Of a stretch of DNA of 64,000 nt, positions 53,385 through 64,000 are shown in pieces (position 1 is the first letter of the stretch; each line of letters opens with the position of its first letter). The notes below the pieces were generated by a model. It was not told where the DNA came from, did not search any database, and saw nothing but the letters and a program-made list of their open reading frames with translations. The DNA is from the human T2T-CHM13v2.0 reference genome, Homo sapiens, in assembly GCF_009914755.1 (NCBI RefSeq), contig NC_060928.1; one strand, written 5' to 3'. Made by a program: the position numbers and the translations under genes.

Positions 53385-54060
53385 AGGCTTTATGAATAAC
53401 CAAGAAAAATCTTCTAATTCATATGTGAATATATTATGTTACATTACAAATGGGAATTGAAGTTGCAGATGCAGTTAAAGTTTCTAATCACTAATCACAC
53501 AATTCTAATTCTAATCTAATTGACCTTAAAATAGGAAAATTATTCTATACCATATGGGTGGCCCCAATGTAATCACAAACATACTTTTCTTTATTTTTTA
53601 GATAGAGTCTCACGGTGTCACACAGGCTAGAGCACAGTAATGCAATCATAGCTCACTGCAGCTTTGAACTCCTGGGATCACAGGAGCATGCTACCCAGCT
53701 AGGGTCCTTAAATGTAAATTGAAGAGGTCAAGGAGGAGTCAGTGTCAGAGTGATTAAATGTGAGAAAGACTCAACTAGCCATCCCAGACTTTCAAGATTA
53801 AAGAGGGGCATGAACCAAGGAACGTGGGTAGCCTCTAGAAAGCAGAAAAGGCAAAAAAAAAAAAAAAAAAAAAAAATGTGATTGCTGCTACAGCCTTCAG
53901 AAATGAACATAATCTTGCCCTCTGCTGACACCTTGACTTTAACCCAGTAAGACCTATTTCAGACTTCTTACCTTCAGAATTGTAAAACAATAAATCTGTG
54001 TTGTTTTTCATCACTAAGTTATGGAAATTGTTATAATGACTATGAAGATGAAACTAATAA
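53385..54060 (+). mobile_element. MLT1D-like MaLR LTR with a nested Alu monomer
   Basis: GTTGCAGATG...GGGTGGCCCCAATGTAATCACAA[...]GGGTCCTTAAA...CCAAGGAACGTGGGTAGCCTCTAGAA...GCTGACACCTTGACTTTA.CCCAGT.AGACC. Confidence 0.85.
53586..53700 (-). mobile_element. FLAM/AluJ monomer with an internal deletion
   Basis: AGATAGAGTCTCAC..TGTCAC.CAGGCTAGAG..CAGT..TGCAATCATAGCTCACTGCAGC.TTGAACTCCTGGG. Confidence 0.85.
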
Positions 54061-54359
54061 GAAAATTATGTCCATCTTTTCCACCACTGCATTCCCAGTG
54101 TATAGCAAACAATAAGTTCCATTAACACCAAGGATGCTTAGCGAACCATCCCAACATGAAATTCACATTATTTCCAAACTCATTCCTTTTCTTGCCAAAT
54201 AATGCCTTAGACATTACAATTTATGGGTCTAAAAGGTAATCCCACAGCTGCCACTAATCTTTCTACCACAAATCTTTAAATGTCAAAGCAGACACCAGTG
54301 ACAGATCGCTTTCAGCTCCAAACTTTAATAATGATTTAAACAGTGAAGGTAGGCACCAG

Positions 54360-56047
54360 TGTCACAGTATCCTTAGGGTATCACTTTTTAGCCAGAAGCC
54401 TCTGTGGCCAGTGGCACCTTTGCCCAAGTTTTGCTTGGGCCCACTGGGCTCATTCCACCCACTCAACCCGGCAAGCTGCACGTGACTTGTGCTACCAGCC
54501 CAGATCCCAAGCCTCCTGAGGGCGAGCAGGGCATGGAGTGGTGACGGTTGTGTGAGCAAGCGAGTGTGGGGTCCAGCCATTGTGCACACCCAGGCACACT
54601 GGCTGCTGTGGTGGGGCAGGAAGCTCCAGGCACCAGCACAGGTGCTGGCTCCATGCAAGCCTGTGGCTGGATCAGATGCACCACAAGTAGCTCCTGCTGT
54701 GGGCACCCATGTCTGGATGAGGGGAACACAGTGGCACCCAGAAGCTTGGAGATGTCAGAAATCACGGAGCCCCACAGAAGATGTCACAGCCCTGGGTCAG
54801 GGAGCCCCTAGGTCTGGGATCCTGGAAAGGCCACATGACTCTTCTTTCCTTGCCACCTGCAACATGGAGAGCAGGGAAGAGGGGGCATGTTTCAGCCGTT
54901 TGCGTTACAGCTCTTCCAACCTTGCCATTCTGCAAGTCCCAGGATCTTGTTCTATGTCCAGGAAGAATGAGGTGACACAGACAACTGGAGGGTGAGCAAG
55001 GTGAAAAGGTGCTTTATGAGTGACAGTACAGTTCTCAGGGGACCTGAAGTGGGTAGCTCCTTTCCACAGACAGGTCGTCCCAAGGAGTTCAGCGCTCGGC
55101 AGAGAGGAGACCTGGAGTGGGTAGCTTCTACCCAGAGGCAAGACTTCCTGACATCTGTACAGCCCTCAGCAGAGAGGAGACACAGAGTGGGCAGCTCTTA
55201 TCTGCAGGCAGGTTGTCCCATTGAGTCTGCAGCCTTCAGTGGAGAGGACACCTGGAGTGAGTAGCTCCTATCCACAGGAAGGTCATCCCAACATCTCTGT
55301 GAGTCTGTCTGAGTCTGGGGTTTTTCTGGGGTTTAGAAGAGAGGAAGTACCTGCTGATTCATCCATGGACAGCCATGGCAGGGCCAGGATAAAGCATAAG
55401 TTCTCATTCTAGGCCACGAGACTCTACCTGGAACTGACAACCCAGCCCTCATGCTTCGGCCCATCCCTGGCTGGAAGGTGGGGCATCACCAGGAACTAAC
55501 CCTTTTCCACCCAGGAGCCTGTCTGCCCCCTGCCACCATCTACATATAATCTATGGCATCCAGGCTGTTCGTGCTGAGGGGCTCCTGCAGGCCCGTAACC
55601 AGCTGCCCTCAGCAGCTCCCATCAGCCTCCCTCTCGTGCTCATAGACACCCAAAGTCCAGAGGGCGCTGAGGCAGCAGGGGGCTGGCGTGTCAGTGCTGC
55701 CCCAAGTGCATGCACACCCAGCCGGTTCACAACAGTGCCCAGGCTCGGTTTCAACTTTGCTCTGAAATTGGAGCAGGTGCCGGGGGCCAGAAAAGGCCAG
55801 GAGAGCCCAGGAGAGGCCAGGTAGCAAAAGCAGGCATTCCCAAGCCTGCAGGGGCAGGGGGACTTCCTGGGCCCCCATAAGTGCAGGGATGCCCAAGTCC
55901 ACAGCTGCGCCAACTCAGCAGCGGGTAGGGTTCCTGCCTGTTCCCAGCTCCTGCTAGTTCCATGGAGCGCTCAGCCCCAGCCATGCCTCCTCTGCTGCCG
56001 CCAGCGTCTTCACAGCAGCTGCTCCAGATAGGCTGCTTTTACCATCA
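54360..56047 (-). mobile_element. MER52A-like ERV1 solo LTR, full length (about 1.69 kb)
   Basis: TG...CA termini (TGTCACAGTATCCTTAGGG ... GCTGCTTTTACCATCA); 4-bp TSD CCAG (54356-54359 / 56048-56051); GC-rich with internal ~58-bp repeats GCAGAGAGGAGAC..GGAGTGGGTAGCT (55035-55285). Confidence 0.9.
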
Positions 56048-59000
56048 CCAGAAACAAACTAAACAATCCATTCCTGAAGAAGCTTCAAACTGTCAGATGT
56101 ACCTTCCAAGATTCTCTTTTCTTCTGCCTCATTAGTCAATGTTTTGGTTTCAGGTTAAAGGAGAAGTTTCAAGCAATACATGTAAAAGTACTGTTCATAA
56201 GCAAAGCCATTTTTGTTTCGTAGCTCTTTTATAATCTCCTAATTACATAGGTAGGAAAATGGTTATGTAACACTCCCCCACACATTTTCCAGCCAGCCAT
56301 GTTCCATAAATGCATACATTCCTCTTTGAAATGCGCTAAGCAATCTAGAAAGACTGCGTACATCTGGCTAAAACTATTTTATAGTTAGAGATTTCCTGGT
56401 ACACTTCTAATTAACACTATTAACTTTACAGGGAGGTCTGGTCATAAGTACCTACTTACAAAGTGATGTCCTCTAGTGATTCATTCCTCTGGGTACCTGG
56501 TGTGATCAGAGTGAGTTATTGCCCTGCTGTTCATTTTTTTTAGCCCAACAGGGCACATCCTGGTTGACCATCATAGCAAAGAGAGGGAATGGACAAGACA
56601 ATTCACTAATCAAAATGATTAAATTATTTTTCAAGATTCACCCATACCTGTTTCTAGAACATTTTTTTTAAGTATAACTGAAAGATAATCAGTTATTCTC
56701 TATGAGGAGTATTTAATGGAGATACGACTTACAAAACTGACAGAAATCGACATGTAATCAAGCAAACAATATTTTACGCCTATTTCTTTTTGGAACATAC
56801 AAATCAGAATTTTAGGCAAGATTGTTTGCATATCTGAAAAAAAATGCTATAAAAATGTAAGACATTTAGAAATGTTCCTTAGTCGTTTGTGATGTGTTAA
56901 TTAGTGTAGATAACCAACTATTCTGAATATTAAGAATAAATGCTTGAAAAAATCAGTTGTTGAAACTCACTTTTTATTAAGTATTTATTTATTAAGGTCT
57001 AAGTAAATAGTGAAAATCCTTACGCTTGTGCATGGCTCTCTAAACTCCGGAGAGCCAGATGATACAAACTGATCTCATACCTTTTTATTTAAGATAACTG
57101 AATGTCCCAATCTAACATCTAAAAAAATACATCTAAAAAATGCATTGTTTGATGATGTTTTTAGAAAATTATTGAAAACGATGACTCAATATATTATATT
57201 ATCTATTTATTAAATAATAGTTAAGAGGACCAAGAGACATTAAAAATAATTTCTGATACTAATCTCTAAAAGGAAAATAAAGTACATTTCAAATGCTGAT
57301 CATTCCGATAAGATTTTCCATTTCAATTATTTCATTAGCATATGCATCTTTTTGTTTGTTTTGCCATGAGTCAAAAAAAAATCAGAACTTTTCAATAAAT
57401 TACTGTTATTACACTGCAATTAGGACAGCCCTTAAAGGATAAATTAGAAAATAATGAGAACTCCCCAAATATAATGCTTTATCTTCATTAATATTACAAA
57501 CATTTAACTTTCGTAGCTTTTTTATAGCAAGAATTTATAAATTTAAAGTATACTTCAGAATAGGTCAGTGAACCCAAAGTGTGTTTTAGAGCATAGTTAT
57601 ATATATCCTTTGGTAGTAAGAGCAGGGTAGATCAATAACAAAGACATAAACACACACATCTATAAACACAAATGCCTCTCTCTATTTCTCTCTGGTGTGT
57701 GGTTTCTGCCTCAATATCACTTGTTCTCTCTTGCTCTTTCTGTCACACATACAATGAAGTAGACTTTATACACACTCTCAATAATACTAGCATAGTGAGT
57801 AGATTAAATTATTCCCAATAAAGCTAGTTGGTTGAATAATTGTGACACGTGGGAGAAAATTGAGTTGTAGACTGCATATTAGATGGGGAAGCAACAAAAT
57901 ATATTGATGTATACTATGTAGAAAGTTCATTTAACTTAGAATTTTTCTTTTTGCATTTTGCATGCCACAGAATGGATAAAACATTTTGTTTCCTTCAACT
58001 GTTTTCTATTTTATTTTATCTTAAATTTCTATTTTGAGCTCAGGGATACAGGTACAGGTTTGTTATATAAGGAAACCCATGTCGCACGGGTTTGTTGTAC
58101 AGATTATTTTGTCTCCTAGGTATTAAGCCTGCTATCTATTAGTTATTTTTCCTGATCTCTCCTTCCCTCTTCCCACACTGCACCCTCCAGTAGGCCTCAG
58201 TGTCTCTTGTTTTCCTCTATGTGTCCATGTGTTCTCATCTTTTAACTCCCAGTTATAAGTGAGAACATGTGATATTTGGTTTACTGTACCTTCATTAGTT
58301 TGCTAAAGATAATGACTTCCAGCTTCATCCATATTTCTACAAAGGGCATGATCTCCTTCTTTTTTATTGCTGCATAGTATTTCATGATATGTTTGTACCA
58401 CATTTTGTTTATCCAGTCTACCAATGATGGGCACCTATGTTGATTCCATTTCTTTGCTATTGTAAACAGTGCTGCAGTGAATATATGTATGCACGTGTCT
58501 TTATGATAGAATGATTTCTATTCCTTTGCATATGTACCCAGTAACAAGACAGCTAGGTCAAATGGTAGTTCTGTTTTTAGGTCTTTGAGGTATCGCCGTG
58601 CTGTTTTCCACAAAGATTGAACTAATTTACACTCCTACCAACAGTGGATGTGTTCCTTTTTCTCCACAACCTTGCCAACACCTGTTATTTTCTAATCATA
58701 GCCATTCTGACTGGTGTGACATAGTATCTCATCATGGTTTTGATTTGCATTCCCTAACAATTAGTGATATTGAGCTTTTTTTCATATGCTTGTTGGCTGC
58801 ATGTGTGTCTTCTTTTGGAAAGTGTCTATTTATGTCATTTGCCCACTTTTTAAAGGGGCTGTTTGTTTTTTTCTCATGAACTTAAGTTCCTTATAGATGT
58901 TGGATATTAGACCTTTATCAGATACATAGTTTGCAAAACATTTCTCCCATTCTGTAGGTTGTCTGTTTACTTGGCTGATACTTTCTTTTTCTGTGCAGAA

Positions 59001-59072
59001 GCTCTTTAGTTTAATTAGATACCATTTGTCAACTTTTGCTTTTGTTGCAATTGCTTTTGATGACTTTGTCAT

Positions 59073-59453
59073 TGCGGTAATTAATACTGAATGTCTACTT
59101 GATTGGATTGAAGGATACAAAATATTTGATCCTGAGTGTGTCCGTGAGGGTGTTGCCAAAAGAGATTAACATTTGAGTCATTGGGCTTGGGAAGGCAGAT
59201 CTACCCTTAATCTGGTGGGCACAATCTAATCAGTTGCCATCGAATATAAAGCAGGCAGAAAAACATGAAAAGGAGAGACTGGCCTTGCCTCCCAGCCTAC
59301 AACTTTGTCCCGTGCTGGATGCTTCCTGTCCTTGAACATTGGACTCCAGGTTCTTCAGTTTTGGGACTGTGATTGGCTCCCTTTGCTCCTCACCTTGTAG
59401 ACAGCCTACTGTGGGACCTTGTGATCATGTAAGTTAATACTTAATAAACTCCC

Positions 59454-59489
<36 letters not shown>

Positions 59490-59565
59490 ACACACACACA
59501 CACACACACACATACATATATATCTCCTATTAGTTCTGTCCCTCTAGAGAACCCTGACAAATACA
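59073..59565 (+). mobile_element. MLT2A2-like HERV-L solo LTR nested in L1PA
   Basis: TTAATACTGAATGTC.ACTTGATTGGATTGAAGGATACAAA...TTAATAAACTCCC...(TA)n(CA)n...CCTATTAGTTCTGTCCCTCTAGAGAACCCTGAC.AATACA; 5-bp TSD GTCAT/GTTAT. Confidence 0.95.
59457..59523. repeat. (TA)n-(CA)n compound microsatellite
   Basis: About 15 TA units followed by about 11 CA units. Confidence 0.95.
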
Positions 59566-62500
59566 GTTATGAAATCTTTGCCTGTGCCTATGTTCTGAAT
59601 GGGATTGCCAAGTTGTCTTTCAGGGTTTGTATAGTTTAGAGTTTTAGATTTAAGCCTTTCATCCATCGTGAGTTAATTTTTGTATATAGTATAAGGAACA
59701 GGTACAGTTCCAATCTTATGCATATGGCTAGCCAATTCCCAGCACCATTATTAAATAGGTAGTCCTTTCCCCATTGCTCATTTTTGTCAGCTTTGTTGAA
59801 GATCAGACAGTTGTAGGTATGTGACCTTATTTCTGGCCTCTCTATGGAGTATAGTTTGAAGTCAGGTAGCACAATGCCTCCAGCTATGTTCTTCTTTCTT
59901 AGAATTGGCTTGGCTTTTTGGGCTTTTTCTTTTTGATTCTATGTGAATTTTTCAATTTTTTTTTCTAGTTTTGTGAAGAATGTCATTGATAGTTTGATAG
60001 GAATACCACTGAATCTGTAAATTGCTTTGGGCAGTATGGCCATTTTAATGATAATGAATCTTCTTATCCACAAGCATGGAATATTTTTCCAGTTTTTTAT
60101 GTCATCTCTGATTTCTTTGAGCAGTGTTTTGTAGTTCTCCTTATATAGATTTTTGTACCTGTATTCCTAGGTATATTCCTAGGTATTTTATATTCCTATA
60201 TTCCTAGGTATTTTATTCTTTCTGTGGCAATTGTGAATAGGATTAAGTTCCTGATTTGGCTTGTGGGTTGGCTGTTGTCAGTGTATCGGAATGCTAGTGA
60301 CTTTTGTACATTGAATTTGTATTATGAAACTTTACTGAAGTTGTTTATCAGTGAAAGGAGCTTTGGGGCTGAGACTGGGGATTTTAGGTATAGGATCATG
60401 TCATCTTCAAACAGGGATAGTTTGATTTCCTGTCTTCCTATTTAGATGACCTTTATTTGTTTGCTCTGGCCAATTCTTTCAATATTACGTTGAATAGGAG
60501 TCATAAAAAAAGGCATCCTTGTCTTGTGCTGGTTTTTGAGGTGAATGCTTCCAGCATTTCTTCATTCAGTACAATGTTGGCTGTGGTTTTGTCATAGATG
60601 GCTCTTATTATTTTGAGGTATTTTCCTTCAATATCTAGATTATTGAGAGTTTTTAACATAAAGTAGTGTTGAATTTATTGAAAGCCTTTTTTACATCTAT
60701 TGAGATAATCAAGTGTTCTTTGTCTCTAGTTCTGTTTATGTGTTGTCTCACATTTATTGATTTGTGTATATTGAACCAACCTTGCATCCCAGGGATAAAG
60801 CCTACTTGGTCGTAAACCTTTTGGTGTGCTGTTGAATTCAGTTTGCAGTATTTTGTTGAGGATTTTTGCACCAATGTTCATAAAGAATATTTTCCTGAAA
60901 TTTCCTTTTTTTTTCTTATTGTGTCTCGCTAGGTTTTATTGTCAGGATAATGATGGCCTCATAGGTAGAGTTAGGGAGGAGTCCCTTCTCAATACTTCAG
61001 AATAGTTTCAGTAGAAATGGTACCAGATCTTCCTTGTAGAATTCAGCTGTGGATCTGTCTGGTCCTGGGCTTTTTTTTGTTGGTAGGCTATTTATTACTG
61101 ACTCAATTTCAGATATCCCTATTGATCTGTTTAGTATTTCAATTTTTTTCTGGCACAATCTTGGGAGGGTTTATGTGTCCAGGAATTTCTACACTTCTTC
61201 TAGATTTTCTAGTTTATCTGCATAGTGATGTTCATAATATTCTCTGATGGTTATTTGTGTTTCTGTGGGGTCAGTGGTAATATCTCGTTTGTCATTCCTA
61301 AATTGTGTTTAGTTGGAAATTCTCTCTTTTCTTCTGTATTAGTCTAGCTAGTAGTCTTTTATTTTATTTATTTCAAAAGAAACTCCTGAATTTATTGATC
61401 TTTCACATGCTATTTTTGCATCTCATTCTCCTTCAGTTCAGCTCTAATTTTGGCTATTTCTTGTTTTCTGCTAGCTTTGGGATTTGTTTGCTATTGGTTC
61501 TCTAGATCTTTTAGTTGCGATGTTAGGTTATTAACTTGAGATCTTGCTAACTTTTTCATTTGGGCACTTAGCACTATAAATTTACCTCTTAACATTGCCT
61601 TCGCTGTGTTCCAGAGATTCTGGTGTGTTGTATTTTTTTCTCATTAGTTTGAAAGAACTTCTTGATTTCTGCCTTAATTTTATTATTTACTTGAAAGTCA
61701 TTCAGAAGGAGGTTATTCAATTTTCATGTAATTGTATGGTTTTGAGCAAATTTCTTATTCTTGATTTCTAATTTGGTTGCATTGTTGTCCAAGACAGTGG
61801 TCGTTAAAATTTCATTATTATGCATTTGTTGAGGAGTGTTTGGTTTCTGATTATATGGCCAATTTTAGAGTATATGCCATTTGGCAATACGGATATATAT
61901 TCTGCTGCTTTGAGTAGAGAGTTCTGTAGATATCTATCAGTTCCATTTGATCCTGTGCTGAGGTCAGGTCCTGAATGTCTTTGTTAATTTTCTCCCTCCA
62001 TGATCTGTCTAATACTGTTAGTGGGATGTTGAAGTCTCCTACTACTATTGTGTGGGAGTCTAAGTCTTTTTGAAAGTCTCTAAGAACCTTCTTTATGAAT
62101 CTGGGTGCTCCTGTATTGGGTGCATATATATTTAGGATAGGTAGTCTTTGTGTTGAATTGAACCCTTTATCATTATGTAATGCCTGTTATTGTCTTTTTT
62201 CATCTGTGTTAGTTTAGTTTGTTGTGTCTGAAATTAGGATTGCAACACCTCCTTTTTTCTGTTTTTTTTAATTGTTGTTGTTGTTGTTTGTTTGTTTGAT
62301 AGATTTTTCTCTATCCTTTCATTTTGAGTCTACGGGTGTCATGTATGTGAAATGTGTCTCTTGAAGACAGCATACCAATGGGTTTTGATTCTTTATCTGG
62401 CTTTCCACTCTGTACCTTTTAATTGGGGCATTTAGCCCATACACATTCAATGTTAGTATGGATATGTGTGGATTTGATGTTAGCTGTTTATTACACAAAC

Positions 62501-64000
62501 TTATTTGTGTGGGTGCTTTATAATATCATGGTTCTATGTACTTCAGTATGTTTTTGTAGTGGCTGGTAATGGTCTTTCTTGTCCATATTTAGTGCTACCT
62601 TCAGAAGCTGTTGTAAGACAGGTCTGGTGATAATGAATTCTTTCAGCATTTGCTTATGTGAAAAGGATCTTATTTCTCCTTTGCTTTGGAAGTTTAGTTT
62701 GGTTAGATATGCAATTCTGGGTTGAAATTTCTTTTCCTTAAGAATGTTAAGTAGTGGCCTCCAAATCTCTTCTGGCTTGTAGGGTTTCAGCTGAGAGGTC
62801 TGCTGTTAGTCTAATGGGCTTCCCTTTGTAGGTAACCTGACCTTTCTCTCTAGTTGCCTTTAATTTTTTGTTTGTTTGTTTGTTTTTTGCATTTTGACAT
62901 TGAATAATCTGATTATTATGTCTTGGGAATGATCTTCTTGATCTATCTTACTGGGGTTCTCTGAATTTCCTGAATTTAAATGTTGGTGTCTCTAGCTAGG
63001 TTAGGGAAGTTCTCATGAATGATAGCCTGAAATATGTTTTCCAAGTTGCTTGCACTCTCCCCATCTTTCAAGAACACTAATGAGTCATAGTTTCTATCTC
63101 TTTATATAAATCTGTGTTTCTTGGAAGTTTTGTTCATTCCTTTTCATTCTTTTGTCTCTATTCTTATGTGACTGACTTATTTCAGAAAGCTGGTCTTCAG
63201 GCTCTGAGATTATTTTCTCAGCTTGGTCTGTTCTATTAATACTTGTGATTGCATTATGAAATTCTTGTAGTGTGTTTTCAGCTCTATCAGGTAAGTTCCA
63301 GTCTTTTCTATTCTATTGTCTGTCAGCTCCTGTATTGTTTTGTGTGATTCTTAGCTTTCTTAAATTGAGTTTCAAGGTACTGCTGCATCTCAATGATCTT
63401 CATTCTTATCGTATTCTGAATTCATTTCTGTCATTTCAGCCATTTCAGCCTGGTTTAGGACCCTTGCTAGAGAGGTGGTGTGGTTGAATGGAGGAAATAA
63501 GGCACTCTGGCTTTTTTAAGTTGTCAGAGTTCTTGTGTTGGTTCTTTTTCATCTTTGTGGACTGATGGTTCTTAATCTTTGAAGTTGCTGACCTTTCGAT
63601 TTTTTTTCTTTCACCCTATTTTATGACCTTGAGTATTTGATTGTGGTATAAGGTGGATTCAGCCAACTGGCTTCATTTCTGAAAGATTTTGGTGGGCCAG
63701 TGCTTAGGTCCCAACTCCTGGACTGCATGCTATAACTCTCAGGGACTTGTATTGTGCCCTAACTTTGTTCCCTGGGTCCTCCTGGTTAGGAATCCACTGT
63801 GCTGGGGCAGCCGAGGTGCTCCTGGACTACTAGTCATTACACTTGAATTGGTGATGTCAGCAAACGTGTTTCATAATGCGGTGGCAACAGGATCCATCTG
63901 CTCACATGTGCCAGCAGCAGCAGGGGCACTGCAGCAGGGTATATGTTCACCAGCCTCTAATGGGTGCCAAGGTGCCTGCCTCTGTGCAGGCATTCACCGC

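Larger units (their letters stand above)
58003..64000 (-). mobile_element. Near full-length L1PA (PA13-like): 3'UTR, decayed ORF2, ORF1 and part of the 5'UTR, continuing beyond the window
   Basis: 3' end GGGTTTGTTGTACAGATTATTT...CTAGGTATTAAGCCT; RT remnant [25 protein letters not shown]...IISID..KAF.K (ORF 60653-60874); antisense ORF1 at about 62550-63450. Confidence 0.93.

Noticed and set aside
55035-55285. Periodic GGAGTGGGTAGCT units
   Set aside because: These are internal tandem repeats of the MER52 family.
54362-55984. Dense overlapping GC-rich ORFs
   Set aside because: All lie within the MER52A LTR; high GC suppresses stop codons and no protein family is recognisable.

Overview
This is AT-rich primate (most likely human or ape) genomic DNA, either intergenic or deep intronic. 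I find no credible host protein-coding exon, RNA gene, CpG island or processed pseudogene. The long ORFs in the track are L1 ORF2, Alu or MER52 LTR remnants, or chance ORFs. Roughly half the window is recognisable interspersed repeat: Alus (J, S, Y), L1s from L1PA3 to L1M/HAL1, L2, MIR, MaLR LTRs, an ERV-L/MaLR internal segment, MER11, MER52A and MLT2 solo LTRs, and DNA-transposon stubs. Subfamily names come from recalled consensus features, not from a database search. I cannot support a new gene system here. The most unusual signal is structural: three separate short segments copied from 0.6-1.8 kb upstream in the same orientation (14792/15437, 27464/28490, 42353/44143), one of them flanked by an 18-bp target duplication with no poly(A). 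Other highlights are a twin-primed 5'-inverted L1PA, a candidate L1 3' transduction, an inverted pair of CpG-retaining Alus, a fold-back AT-rich quasi-palindrome and a deletion-fused LTR cluster.
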